Part shown: positions 1 through 7,436 of the stretch, one piece after another
Layout: each line of letters opens with the position of its first letter
Numbering within the stretch: position 1 is the stretch's first letter
From: Mesorhizobium sp.
GTDB lineage: Bacteria > Pseudomonadota > Alphaproteobacteria > Rhizobiales > Rhizobiaceae
Length of the DNA: 40,000 bases
NCBI GenBank assembly: GCA_004020645.1
Contig: SAQL01000025.1
Span: 45,274 to 85,273, forward strand
Reading direction: 5' to 3'
The notes under the pieces: model-generated
Seen by the model: only the letters and a program-made list of their open reading frames with translations
Database searches by the model: none
Told to the model about the DNA's origin: nothing
Position numbers and translations under genes: made by a program

Positions 1-654
1 GCCGGCCTTGAGGTGGAAGTGATATCCAAACCACCGACCACTCTATCGGATTCGCAGCTCATCGATCTCGTGACGACGGTCATAAGCGGCTTCGGAATCG
101 AGGGCAGCGTCCGCGTGATCGGCGCCGGGGAGATCGCGATAACAGGATATGGGCCAAGCGATGCGGAGGTCGAAGCAGCGCTTCATCACCTGCGGCAGGA
201 CATTCCGGGGCTAACCGAAGTTGAAAACGCGATCGTGACACCCGACGGCGCTCGCGTTTTTCTAGAGAGCGCGATGACGGCCCAACTGCGGCGCTCCATT
301 CACATCTTGAAGAAGGCAGATGGCGTGCTCGTTTCGGGAGCCCTGGCTCCGATTGCTTTTGAAGCGTGGCAGAAGGTCGCTGCTCGCTTTCGGGAGAAGT
401 TCGCACCCTACATCCGGCTTGAGACGCAGTTCACGCCGGTCATATTGCCGGTGCCCAGAGGTGTACACCTTGGCCAAACGCCGTTCATCGTTGTTGAGAA
501 TGGAACGCGCCTGAAGATCGGCGACAGTCTCGAGAGCTTGGGCCAGATCGTTGACATAGACCGAAGCGGAATTTCTGTGCGCATCGGCGCGGATGCGATG
601 CATCTTCCTTATCCGAGCAAGCCGAAATGGATGGTGGAGGAGGAAAAAGGGTGA
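1..654 (+). CDS. T3SS inner-membrane ring protein SctD (YscD/HrpQ-like), C-terminal part; 5' end lies outside the window
   Basis: Frame 1 is open from base 1 with no stop before 652-654, so the gene is truncated by the window edge. I recognise no catalytic motif. The call rests on position directly upstream of YscE-like and YscF-like genes (Yersinia order yscD-E-F) and on GTGA coupling to the next gene. Confidence 0.4.
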   Translation, partial: AGLEVEVISKPPTTLSDSQLIDLVTTVISGFGIEGSVRVIGAGEIAITGYGPSDAEVEAALHHLRQDIPGLTEVENAIVTPDGARVFLESAMTAQLRRSIHILKKADGVLVSGALAPIAFEAWQKVAARFREKFAPYIRLETQFTPVILPVPRGVHLGQTPFIVVENGTRLKIGDSLESLGQIVDIDRSGISVRIGADAMHLPYPSKPKWMVEEEKG

Positions 655-905
655 GCGAAGTCATAGTCATGTTTGAGTTGCAGAGACAGCTGCTAGGGGA
701 TTTCGACGGTGCAAAGAGATCCGCCCTAGAGAGGGAATTCGATACCTGCCGGCAATCATTGAAACGTGAAATGGATGCTGGCGTTTCGAGGCAGGAATTC
801 GAAGTTTTGGCGGCCATAGCGGACGCGATACGCGCTGCGACAGAGGTGATCAATACAATATCGATGGCTTATCGTGATAAAGAAATACCGCAACCTTGGA
901 GATGA
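651..905 (+). CDS. Small helical T3SS protein, YscE/PscE-like needle co-chaperone candidate
   Basis: A GGAGGAGG Shine-Dalgarno at 637-644 precedes GTG 651, which overlaps the upstream stop (GTGA). ATG 627 is an alternative start. The product is about 84 aa, charged and helical. It sits between the sctD-like and sctF genes, and its stop overlaps the sctF ATG (ATGA at 902-905). Confidence 0.4.
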   Translation: MSEVIVMFELQRQLLGDFDGAKRSALEREFDTCRQSLKREMDAGVSRQEFEVLAAIADAIRAATEVINTISMAYRDKEIPQPWR

Positions 906-1150
906 CTATGTCACCTATTTCTGGCGACAACCTTACCGTCAGCAGTATCAGTAGCAGCCTCGGCAATGCCACTGTTGAAGCAGAAAGAAATCTTAACAGC
1001 TTCATGGCATCCATGGAACCGGACAAACCGACCGATCTTATTAGAATTCAATCCCTCGCTCAGCAATGGAGCCTGAGCCTGAATTTGGAATCCGGAATTA
1101 TCAAATTGCTTTACGACGCCCTGAAGGGAGTGTCCCAGAAAATCGGCTGA
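902..1150 (+). CDS. sctF: Type III secretion needle filament protein SctF (YscF/PrgI/MxiH family)
   Basis: 82 aa. The C-terminal half, EPDKPTDLIRIQSLAQQWSLSLNLESGIIKLLYDALKGVSQKIG, aligns by eye with the YscF C-terminus as I recall it (KPDNPALLADLQHSINKWSVIYNINSTIVRSMKDLMQGILQKFP). Size and hairpin-type layout are typical. ATG 908 is an alternative start. Confidence 0.75.
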   Translation: MTMSPISGDNLTVSSISSSLGNATVEAERNLNSFMASMEPDKPTDLIRIQSLAQQWSLSLNLESGIIKLLYDALKGVSQKIG

Positions 1151-1262
1151 CCATTTGGTCAGATTACACGATCTTGCCACTTTTCTGGCCTGGCTTGCAG
1201 CAGTACTTCCATGCGTTCTCAGGTTGGTGCCGGATTACGCGGATCGTCTTGTGCTAGACCGG

Positions 1263-1499
1263 CTACGCCTGCGCCGATCCGCTAGAGGACTTTCCACGCG
1301 CTATCTCATGGAGCGTATGCCGGATCGAGCTCGTGTCGTCGTAGACTGCGTTGAGGCACGCTATAATGACAATGACCTCTTCCTTTGAGAGACATTGCTG
1401 TCCGCTCATTAAGCGCGCATGGTTGATGCAGGCGACGGCGTTGGCGCATGAACGAGTCACCGAGGCCTGAGCTATCCTCGAATCCGTTGCCTTTCTCAT
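1263..1499 (-). CDS. Hypothetical small protein (78 aa)
   Basis: Its ATG overlaps the stop of the upstream 134-aa ORF (ATGA at 1496-1499). No recognisable motif. The competing plus-strand ORF 1155-1388 cannot be excluded. Confidence 0.3.
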   Translation of the reverse strand: MRKATDSRIAQASVTRSCANAVACINHARLMSGQQCLSKEEVIVIIACLNAVYDDTSSIRHTLHEIARGKSSSGSAQA

Positions 1500-1900
1500 T
1501 CAATTTGAAGTGAGCGATGGGCAGGTTTTTCATGTCTTCGATTTCCCTGCGAATTCAGGTCCTCGATGACCGCGGGATGGTAACCTGATAGCCTCTCCTG
1601 ACGCCGGGTGTCGAGTTTATGCAGCCACGGCCGCACCAAGCTGGTGTTGCGCTTCAGCTTGTTTTTATGCGGATCCTCGAACATCAGAGACGCGTCCAGC
1701 TTCTCGGTTTCCGCCAGTGACAGAAAACCATGTTCGGCGAGGGTTTTCATCACGACCTTCTCGGCATTTCCCCAGTGCGCTTTAGAAGCATAGACTTGCC
1801 TGAAGTTTAGGATGGCCTGGCCGGCCGCGAACTGGGCCTCTTCGCCAAGTGCACGATCCTGATCGAGCAGCGACTCGAGCGTCTCGGTGGGTGTTGTCAC
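1496..1900 (-). CDS. Hypothetical protein (134 aa)
   Basis: Clean ORF coupled to the downstream 78-aa ORF. No recognisable motif. Confidence 0.4.
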   Translation of the reverse strand: MTTPTETLESLLDQDRALGEEAQFAAGQAILNFRQVYASKAHWGNAEKVVMKTLAEHGFLSLAETEKLDASLMFEDPHKNKLKRNTSLVRPWLHKLDTRRQERLSGYHPAVIEDLNSQGNRRHEKPAHRSLQIE

Positions 1901-1948
1901 GTAAACCGTGCGTCAGCATTTGCGGCATAGGGACGGCGGCATGATAGC

Positions 1949-2463
1949 ATGATAATGCCTGCCATCAGCTACAAGCGCCATCGTTTCCCGCCGCAGATCA
2001 TCGCCCATGCGGTCTGGCTCTACTGCCGGTTCCCCTTGAGCCTGCGTCTGGTCGCGGAATGCTGCTGGAGCGCGCCATCGTGGTCTCCTACGAAACGATC
2101 CGCCGCTGGGGCAAGAAGTTCGGGCCCGATTATGCTCGCCGCTTGCGCCGCAAGCAGCCGAGCCGCGATGACATCTGGCACCTGGACGAAGTCGTCATCA
2201 CTATTGCTGGCCGAAAACACTGGCTATGCCGCGCCGTCGATCAGGACGGCTATGTCCTCGACGAGATCGTCCAGAACCGCCGCAACACCAAGGCGGCCAA
2301 GCGATTGCTGACGCGCCTGTTGAAGAAACAGGGCGTCGCACCGAAGCGCATGATCACTGACAAGCTGCGCTCGTATGGAGCGGCCAAGCGTCAGGTGATG
2401 CCGGACGTCGAGCACCGGTCACACAAAGGATTGAACAACCGCGCCGAGAATTCCCATGTGCCG
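1949..2463 (+). pseudogene. IS6-family (IS26/IS6100-like) transposase remnant, frameshifted and 3'-truncated
   Basis: MPAISYKRHRFPPQIIAHAVWLYCRFPLSLRLV in frame 2 continues as MLLERAIVVSYETIRRWGKKFGPDYARRLRRKQP...WHLDEVVITIAGRKHWLCRAVDQDGYVLDEIVQNRRNTKAAKRLL...DKLRSYGAAK...HRSHKGLNNRAENSHVP in frame 1. This is the typical IS6 Tnp, including the DDE region. A 1-nt frame slip occurs near 2055-2058. Similarity ends after NSHVP at 2463, so the last roughly 60-70 aa are missing. No terminal inverted repeats recognised. Confidence 0.85.
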
Positions 2464-3232
2464 CCCAGTGATCGGCTCCCGCGGCATAGAAAGTGAGTTC
2501 GGCACGAGCGCTATCGCGACCTTTCAAGACCTTGTAGCGAAGGTTATGGCTCATCAGACAACGGGGCTCGGCCAGAAAGGGCCTGTCCCGAATAAGCCAG
2601 CAGCTGCGCTCCATATTACCAATATCGTACGAGGATCCTTCGGTTTCTTGCTCGAGGAAATGCACCCGCAACAACCGATACTAGAGAGCGCGTTGAAGCT
2701 TGCGGTTGATCAGGCGACTGGATTGCTTGATGCATTTGGTGAGCCCGATGAGGAAGGGTTTCAAGCAGCGATAGAGAGGATTGATGATCGAATCCTGGCG
2801 ACGGCTGGAGCATTTTTCGAGCACATGAACGCCAATGGGGCAACCATCAAGGTGGTAAGCGGCGGGCATGAGTTCAGTTTTGGTGCCGAAGCTATTGCGC
2901 GGGCAGCCGAGAGGGCTCGGGTCACGAGCGTGGATGAGGGGGAGGACTTGATCCTTGGGAGATTGTCGGGTGTGCTGCCTGATGCCCACCAATTTGAATT
3001 TGTCCCTGCAGATGGTCGAACAGCGATCAGAGGTAAAGTCGATCCATCTTGGCCAACAGAGCAATTGCCTGATCTCAACAAACAATGGGTCGGAGTTGAT
3101 GCTGAAGCCGTAACCTCCGTGAAGCGGGTGATACGAAACGGCGACGTTGTGCGAGAAAGCTTCACGCTTCGCGGTCTCCGGCGCAGAGACGACCAGCAGA
3201 ACGTGGTTCAAGTCCCCCTTGTTCCCGCCTGA
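2456..3232 (+). CDS. Hypothetical protein (5' end uncertain, begins at the IS6 truncation junction)
   Basis: 258-aa ORF with plausible composition and no motif recognised. Its first codons are chimeric with the truncated IS6 gene. The protein may therefore be N-terminally truncated, or may start at an internal ATG (about 2545). Confidence 0.4.
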   Translation: MCRPVIGSRGIESEFGTSAIATFQDLVAKVMAHQTTGLGQKGPVPNKPAAALHITNIVRGSFGFLLEEMHPQQPILESALKLAVDQATGLLDAFGEPDEEGFQAAIERIDDRILATAGAFFEHMNANGATIKVVSGGHEFSFGAEAIARAAERARVTSVDEGEDLILGRLSGVLPDAHQFEFVPADGRTAIRGKVDPSWPTEQLPDLNKQWVGVDAEAVTSVKRVIRNGDVVRESFTLRGLRRRDDQQNVVQVPLVPA

Positions 3233-3559
3233 TGGCATCTGCTCTCGGCGCTTTCGGTTTTGATAGGGCGAGTTCCCAGCGCTCAAGTTTATTGGCCCGC
3301 CTGCGGAGCCGCACGCCCGCGGGGTTGAAAATACTGAATGACGCTTGTGTTGCGCTACGATTTGTAGGTGGCGGGGATGGACTGAACGACTTGTCGGTTG
3401 CTTCCATTTTCGGGCGTCTTCGGTCAGGTCGATCGGTAGCTTGGGATACAGCTCGCGCAGGGTGAGCAATTTAGAGGGTCGATTTGAACTTGGGCCAGAC
3501 TCTCGTCGTAAAAGCGTATTTGCAGAAACATGATACAGGGCATTTGCACGGAGGAGGCC

Positions 3560-4018
3560 ATGAACGAGCATTTTGCGACGGCAACGGCCGCAATCCCTGC
3601 CCTGTTCGCCGAGCTTCACGTATCGTCACCGTTTCCCGCCAAGGGCGTGGCGGCACACCTGGGCAGGGCAGGGGTCTACGTGTTTTTTGAAGATAGCGTC
3701 CCCGTCCACGTCGGGCGGACGCGAAATCTGCAAGGTCGCCTTCGCGGCCATACCGCCAAAAGCCACTACTCCGCATCCTTTGCCTTCAAGCGCGCGCGCC
3801 GCCTCCTCGAGCGGACCGCAACCTATACAGCGGAGGGGTCACGTCTCGCCCTTTCGAGAGAGGACGTGTTCCGGGCAGAGTTCTATCGACAGATCGAGCT
3901 GGTGAAATTGATGAACGTCCGTTTCGTGGATGTTGCCGATCCGGTGGCCCAGTATCTGCTCGAACTCTACGCCCACCTGGAGTATGGCCTACTGTTGGAT
4001 GAGTTCGATACCCATTAG
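3560..4018 (+). CDS. GIY-YIG nuclease-domain protein
   Basis: GGAGGAGG at 3550-3557 precedes ATG 3560. The motif GVYVFFEDSVPVHVGRTRNLQGRLRGH matches the GIY...YxGxT.NL..R...H pattern, with a downstream conserved Glu candidate in LLELY. Confidence 0.6.
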   Translation: MNEHFATATAAIPALFAELHVSSPFPAKGVAAHLGRAGVYVFFEDSVPVHVGRTRNLQGRLRGHTAKSHYSASFAFKRARRLLERTATYTAEGSRLALSREDVFRAEFYRQIELVKLMNVRFVDVADPVAQYLLELYAHLEYGLLLDEFDTH

Positions 4019-4310
4019 ACCCGTGAAGGTCCACTATGGAGCCGATTCGGCGAGGTAATTGTGAAATCGTCTCAGGAAGCAGAAATATGGATATCTTCAA
4101 ATTTCGCGGCGGACTCCGCAGGGCACTGCTGGAGCAGGTCGACGAAATCCAGAATGCCAACGGCTGGTACAGATGGGATACGACTAGGCGCGGCAGATTC
4201 TATTGCCTATCGCTGCTGTTGTAGTTGCTTTTTCAAATAATCGTCGCGAGACTGTCGGCTTTTCAGGGCGAGGGGTCCCGCTCTTGGGGGGTGGTAATCT
4301 GTTCAGAGGG

Positions 4311-7300
4311 ATGCTTGTTGGCTTGCCTAGTCGAAAAGGAATAGGAAAGCTTGTGGCAGCGGCCGACGGGCGGTGCAAGATCTCGATTTTCTATTCCATT
4401 CAACGCACAGAGGAAGTCGAATATGATGTCGGCCAAGTCGAACGGGCTTTCCTCAGTCCGCAGACCCGTGCCTATGTTTTTAGTGAAGATCGGATGCGCG
4501 TCGGCCGTGTCACCGACTTTCTTCACAATGAGAACGGACTCATCACCTATGAAGTGAGCTTTCCGAATGGGAAACGCCAGGACTTCAGCGAAATAGATCT
4601 TTTCGTGCGGCCGTGGAACGCGCCGGAGGATCCCGCAGAAATCTTAGCCGCAGGCGGAGCCGAAAGTCAGTTTCTACATGATAGGCGTCAGTCTGCGATC
4701 GGCCCGCTTCGTGCCCTCACCAGCGCGTCGCAGGGTCTGACATCTCTTTTGTCCGCCGGAATTGACTTCGTGCCACATCAGGTGGCGGCCGTGCGACGCG
4801 TGCTGAGTGATCCTATCCAGCGCTATTTGCTCGCCGATGAGGTTGGCCTCGGCAAGACGATCGAGGCGGGCCTCATCATCCGTCAGCACCTCATTGATAA
4901 CGCCGAAACTAGAGTTCTAATCGCGGCGCCGGCGAAGCTGTGCGAGCAATGGCGCCGTGAGTTGAGCAAAAAGCTTCGCCTGGATCAGTTCGGTGCACCC
5001 TTTGAATGCTGCTCGCATGAAGATCTTGCGCGCGTCAGCCGGACACCAGACGTCTTGGTGGTCGATGAAGCCCACCATCTGGTCGGGTTTGAAGACGGCC
5101 CAATGGCCCAATCGGCCGCGCGCCTTCGTGAGCTCGCCCAGGATGCGCCGGTGCTGTTGCTGCTGTCGGCAACGCCGCCACTTGGCGATGAAGCAAAGTT
5201 CCTCGCGCTGCTCAATCTGCTCGATCCACTGACCCATCCCTTGGAGGACCTGGCCGGCTTTCGCATCAAGCTGGAACAGCGCCGTTCGATCGGGCGTGTC
5301 CTCCTAAGTCTCAATCATGACGCCCCCGGGCTTGTCCTTCGCCAGCGGGGCGCCGAACTTGTGAGATCCTTCCCGGACGATCCGATCATCCAAGTTCTTG
5401 CGCCGCAAATGATAGCCGCCACCCGCGACGCGCCGGGTGACCTGGCCGGGCTGTGTGGCGCGCTCAAGGAGCATATTGCTGACAGCTACCGCATTCATCA
5501 GCGGTTGATCCGGTCGCGGCGCGCCGATGCGCAGGGCTGGGAATTCAGGCCGCGCGGACCTGAGGTAGGGGACGAAACGAATCTGAGCCACGTTCGGACC
5601 GAGAGCGATCCCGCGGATCAAATGGAGACGCTGCTCGCGACATTGGAGGATTGGCGCTTCGCAGCTGTCGAGTCTCTTGCCGGCGACGATGGCGCACGCA
5701 CGCGCCTTTCTGAGCGCTACCGTGCGCTCCTGAGCGTAGTTGGAACGGACGCAACCGAGTTTCGCAACTGGCTCGCGCGCGCAGAGGTGTCGTTCGCTGG
5801 CGAAGGCGAAATTCTTTCCGCGCTTGCGGCTCAGGCCGAGGATTATGATGATGACGAACGTATCGATACCATGGTCGAAAGCAGCCGCCGGCTGTTGAAG
5901 ACGCTTGGGGAGGAGATTGCCGATCCTAGGATCGTGGTGTTTGCAACATCGGAACGCATAGCCGAGAATTTTCATGCTGCGGCGTCCGAGACGCTCGCCC
6001 TGGTGACGTGCCTTCTTCTTGCCGGGCCGGAGGACGACGATGTGGCCGAGCACTTTCGATGCGCCCCTGGGCCGACCATAATGGTGGCGGACAGGTCGGC
6101 GGAAGAAGGGCTTAATCTCAGCTTCGCTGATGCCATAGTCCATCTTGATCTGCCGCTTTCTGCTGCCCGTATCGAGCAGCGCATTGGGCGGCTCGACCGC
6201 TATGGCCGCCGCCAGGGCATGATCCGGCACCGCATCCTTGTGCCGTCTGATGATGACATTAGCCCATGGGCGGCGTGGTATGCGTTGCTCACGCAAGGGT
6301 TTCGTATCTTCAATCGGTCGATCAGCGACGTCCAATTCCTGCTTGACGACTTCGAGCACCAAGTTTTCGAGACGCTGCTGATGAGCGGACCGGAGGGGTT
6401 GGTCGGTCTCGCCAACGACATACGGGCGCGCATCGATGACGAGCGAAAGTCGCAGGACGAGCAATATGCGCTCGATCGCATCGCGCTTGCCGAGGAGCCG
6501 GTCGAGAGCTTCATCCAGACACTGGAAGACGCAGAGGCGGATGAGACGGCTCTCGAGAAGGATGTTGATCAGTGGCTCCTTGGGATTTTGCAACTGAAGA
6601 AGCGCCCCTTTGTCTGGCCCAGCGAGGATTCGTTCAAGCTTGCCGTGACCCCCCAAACACTAATCCCGAGACTGCCCTGGCAAGCCGAACTCAAACTGGA
6701 CGACAGCCAGCCGCTGACCTGGAAGCGGCGTATCGCGACCAGTCGCGCCGACGTCACACTGCTCCGGCCGGGAACCCCACTCGTCAATGTAATTGAGCGC
6801 TTCACCCGGTGGGACGATCGCGGCACCGCATTCATCACCTACCGCATTGTGCCCGACTGGCAGGGGGAGCCCTGGATTGGATTCAAGCTCTGCTTCACGA
6901 TCGAGCCCGCCCTCGATATTGCTGACTTGCTGGCGCCGACCCGTGGAGAACTCGCCGCCTCTCGCTGCGCACAACGCTATTTCGCAGCCAGCGCTCAGAC
7001 GGTCATCATCGACGTCAATGGCGACGACGTCTTCGATCCCGCCCTTCTGGGCATACTGGAGCATCCCTATCGGAGCGAGGGCAGGGGGTCCGACATCAAC
7101 CTGGGCAGCCGGCCACACTTGCTTGCGGAGATCATCGACCCGGGGACGTTCCCAAGAATCTGTCGCGATGCCCGTGACGGCGTCCGACAGCGGCTGGCGC
7201 GTCAACCCGAGGTCGCGGAGAGGATCGCGGAGGCCGCACGATCGGCGGAGATCGATCTGCAGCGACGGCAGAGCCGCCTGCAGCGCCGGCAATCCGCAGG

Positions 7301-7436
7301 CGATGCCATGGCTAGGGCCGATATCGCATTGATCGAAGCCATACTTCTCAGCATTCGCAAGCCTGCCATCCGGCTCGATGCGATGGGCTGCTTTGTCGTG
7401 GGCGCTAAAACAGCAGGAGCGCATTTCATTGGTTGA
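4311..7436 (+). CDS. dpdE: SNF2-family helicase, DpdE-like
   Basis: SNF2 motifs are present: I LLADEVGLGKTIEAG, II VLVVDEAHHL, III LLLSATPP, VI IEQRIGRLDRYGR. The N-terminus is Tudor/RapA-like. The start is taken at ATG 4311; the ORF is open from TTG 4203. It is the first gene of a dpdE-K-ordered operon. Confidence 0.8.
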   Translation: MLVGLPSRKGIGKLVAAADGRCKISIFYSIQRTEEVEYDVGQVERAFLSPQTRAYVFSEDRMRVGRVTDFLHNENGLITYEVSFPNGKRQDFSEIDLFVRPWNAPEDPAEILAAGGAESQFLHDRRQSAIGPLRALTSASQGLTSLLSAGIDFVPHQVAAVRRVLSDPIQRYLLADEVGLGKTIEAGLIIRQHLIDNAETRVLIAAPAKLCEQWRRELSKKLRLDQFGAPFECCSHEDLARVSRTPDVLVVDEAHHLVGFEDGPMAQSAARLRELAQDAPVLLLLSATPPLGDEAKFLALLNLLDPLTHPLEDLAGFRIKLEQRRSIGRVLLSLNHDAPGLVLRQRGAELVRSFPDDPIIQVLAPQMIAATRDAPGDLAGLCGALKEHIADSYRIHQRLIRSRRADAQGWEFRPRGPEVGDETNLSHVRTESDPADQMETLLATLEDWRFAAVESLAGDDGARTRLSERYRALLSVVGTDATEFRNWLARAEVSFAGEGEILSALAAQAEDYDDDERIDTMVESSRRLLKTLGEEIADPRIVVFATSERIAENFHAAASETLALVTCLLLAGPEDDDVAEHFRCAPGPTIMVADRSAEEGLNLSFADAIVHLDLPLSAARIEQRIGRLDRYGRRQGMIRHRILVPSDDDISPWAAWYALLTQGFRIFNRSISDVQFLLDDFEHQVFETLLMSGPEGLVGLANDIRARIDDERKSQDEQYALDRIALAEEPVESFIQTLEDAEADETALEKDVDQWLLGILQLKKRPFVWPSEDSFKLAVTPQTLIPRLPWQAELKLDDSQPLTWKRRIATSRADVTLLRPGTPLVNVIERFTRWDDRGTAFITYRIVPDWQGEPWIGFKLCFTIEPALDIADLLAPTRGELAASRCAQRYFAASAQTVIIDVNGDDVFDPALLGILEHPYRSEGRGSDINLGSRPHLLAEIIDPGTFPRICRDARDGVRQRLARQPEVAERIAEAARSAEIDLQRRQSRLQRRQSAGDAMARADIALIEAILLSIRKPAIRLDAMGCFVVGAKTAGAHFIG

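Noticed and set aside
1147-1162. Perfect palindrome CTGACCATTTGGTCAG straddling the sctF stop codon (1148-1150), sharing its arms with the AbiE operator half-sites.
   Set aside because: A 7-bp-arm palindrome is expected by chance a few times in 40 kb. The spacing (2 nt versus 18-20 nt) differs from the abiE operators. There is no T-tract for a terminator. Probably coincidence or a weak hairpin.
4036-4224. 62-aa ORF (or a 45-aa version from ATG 4087) between the GIY-YIG gene and dpdE.
   Set aside because: It has no SD, odd composition and no motif. It may be a real small protein, but the sequence alone does not support a call.
7255-7295. Short imperfect tandem repeat CTGCAGCGACGGCAGAGC / CTGCAGCGCCGGCAATCC, giving QRRQSRLQRRQS near the dpdE C-terminus.
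   Set aside because: It is only two imperfect copies inside a coding region, consistent with a coiled, charged tail. There is no evidence of slippage or regulatory function.
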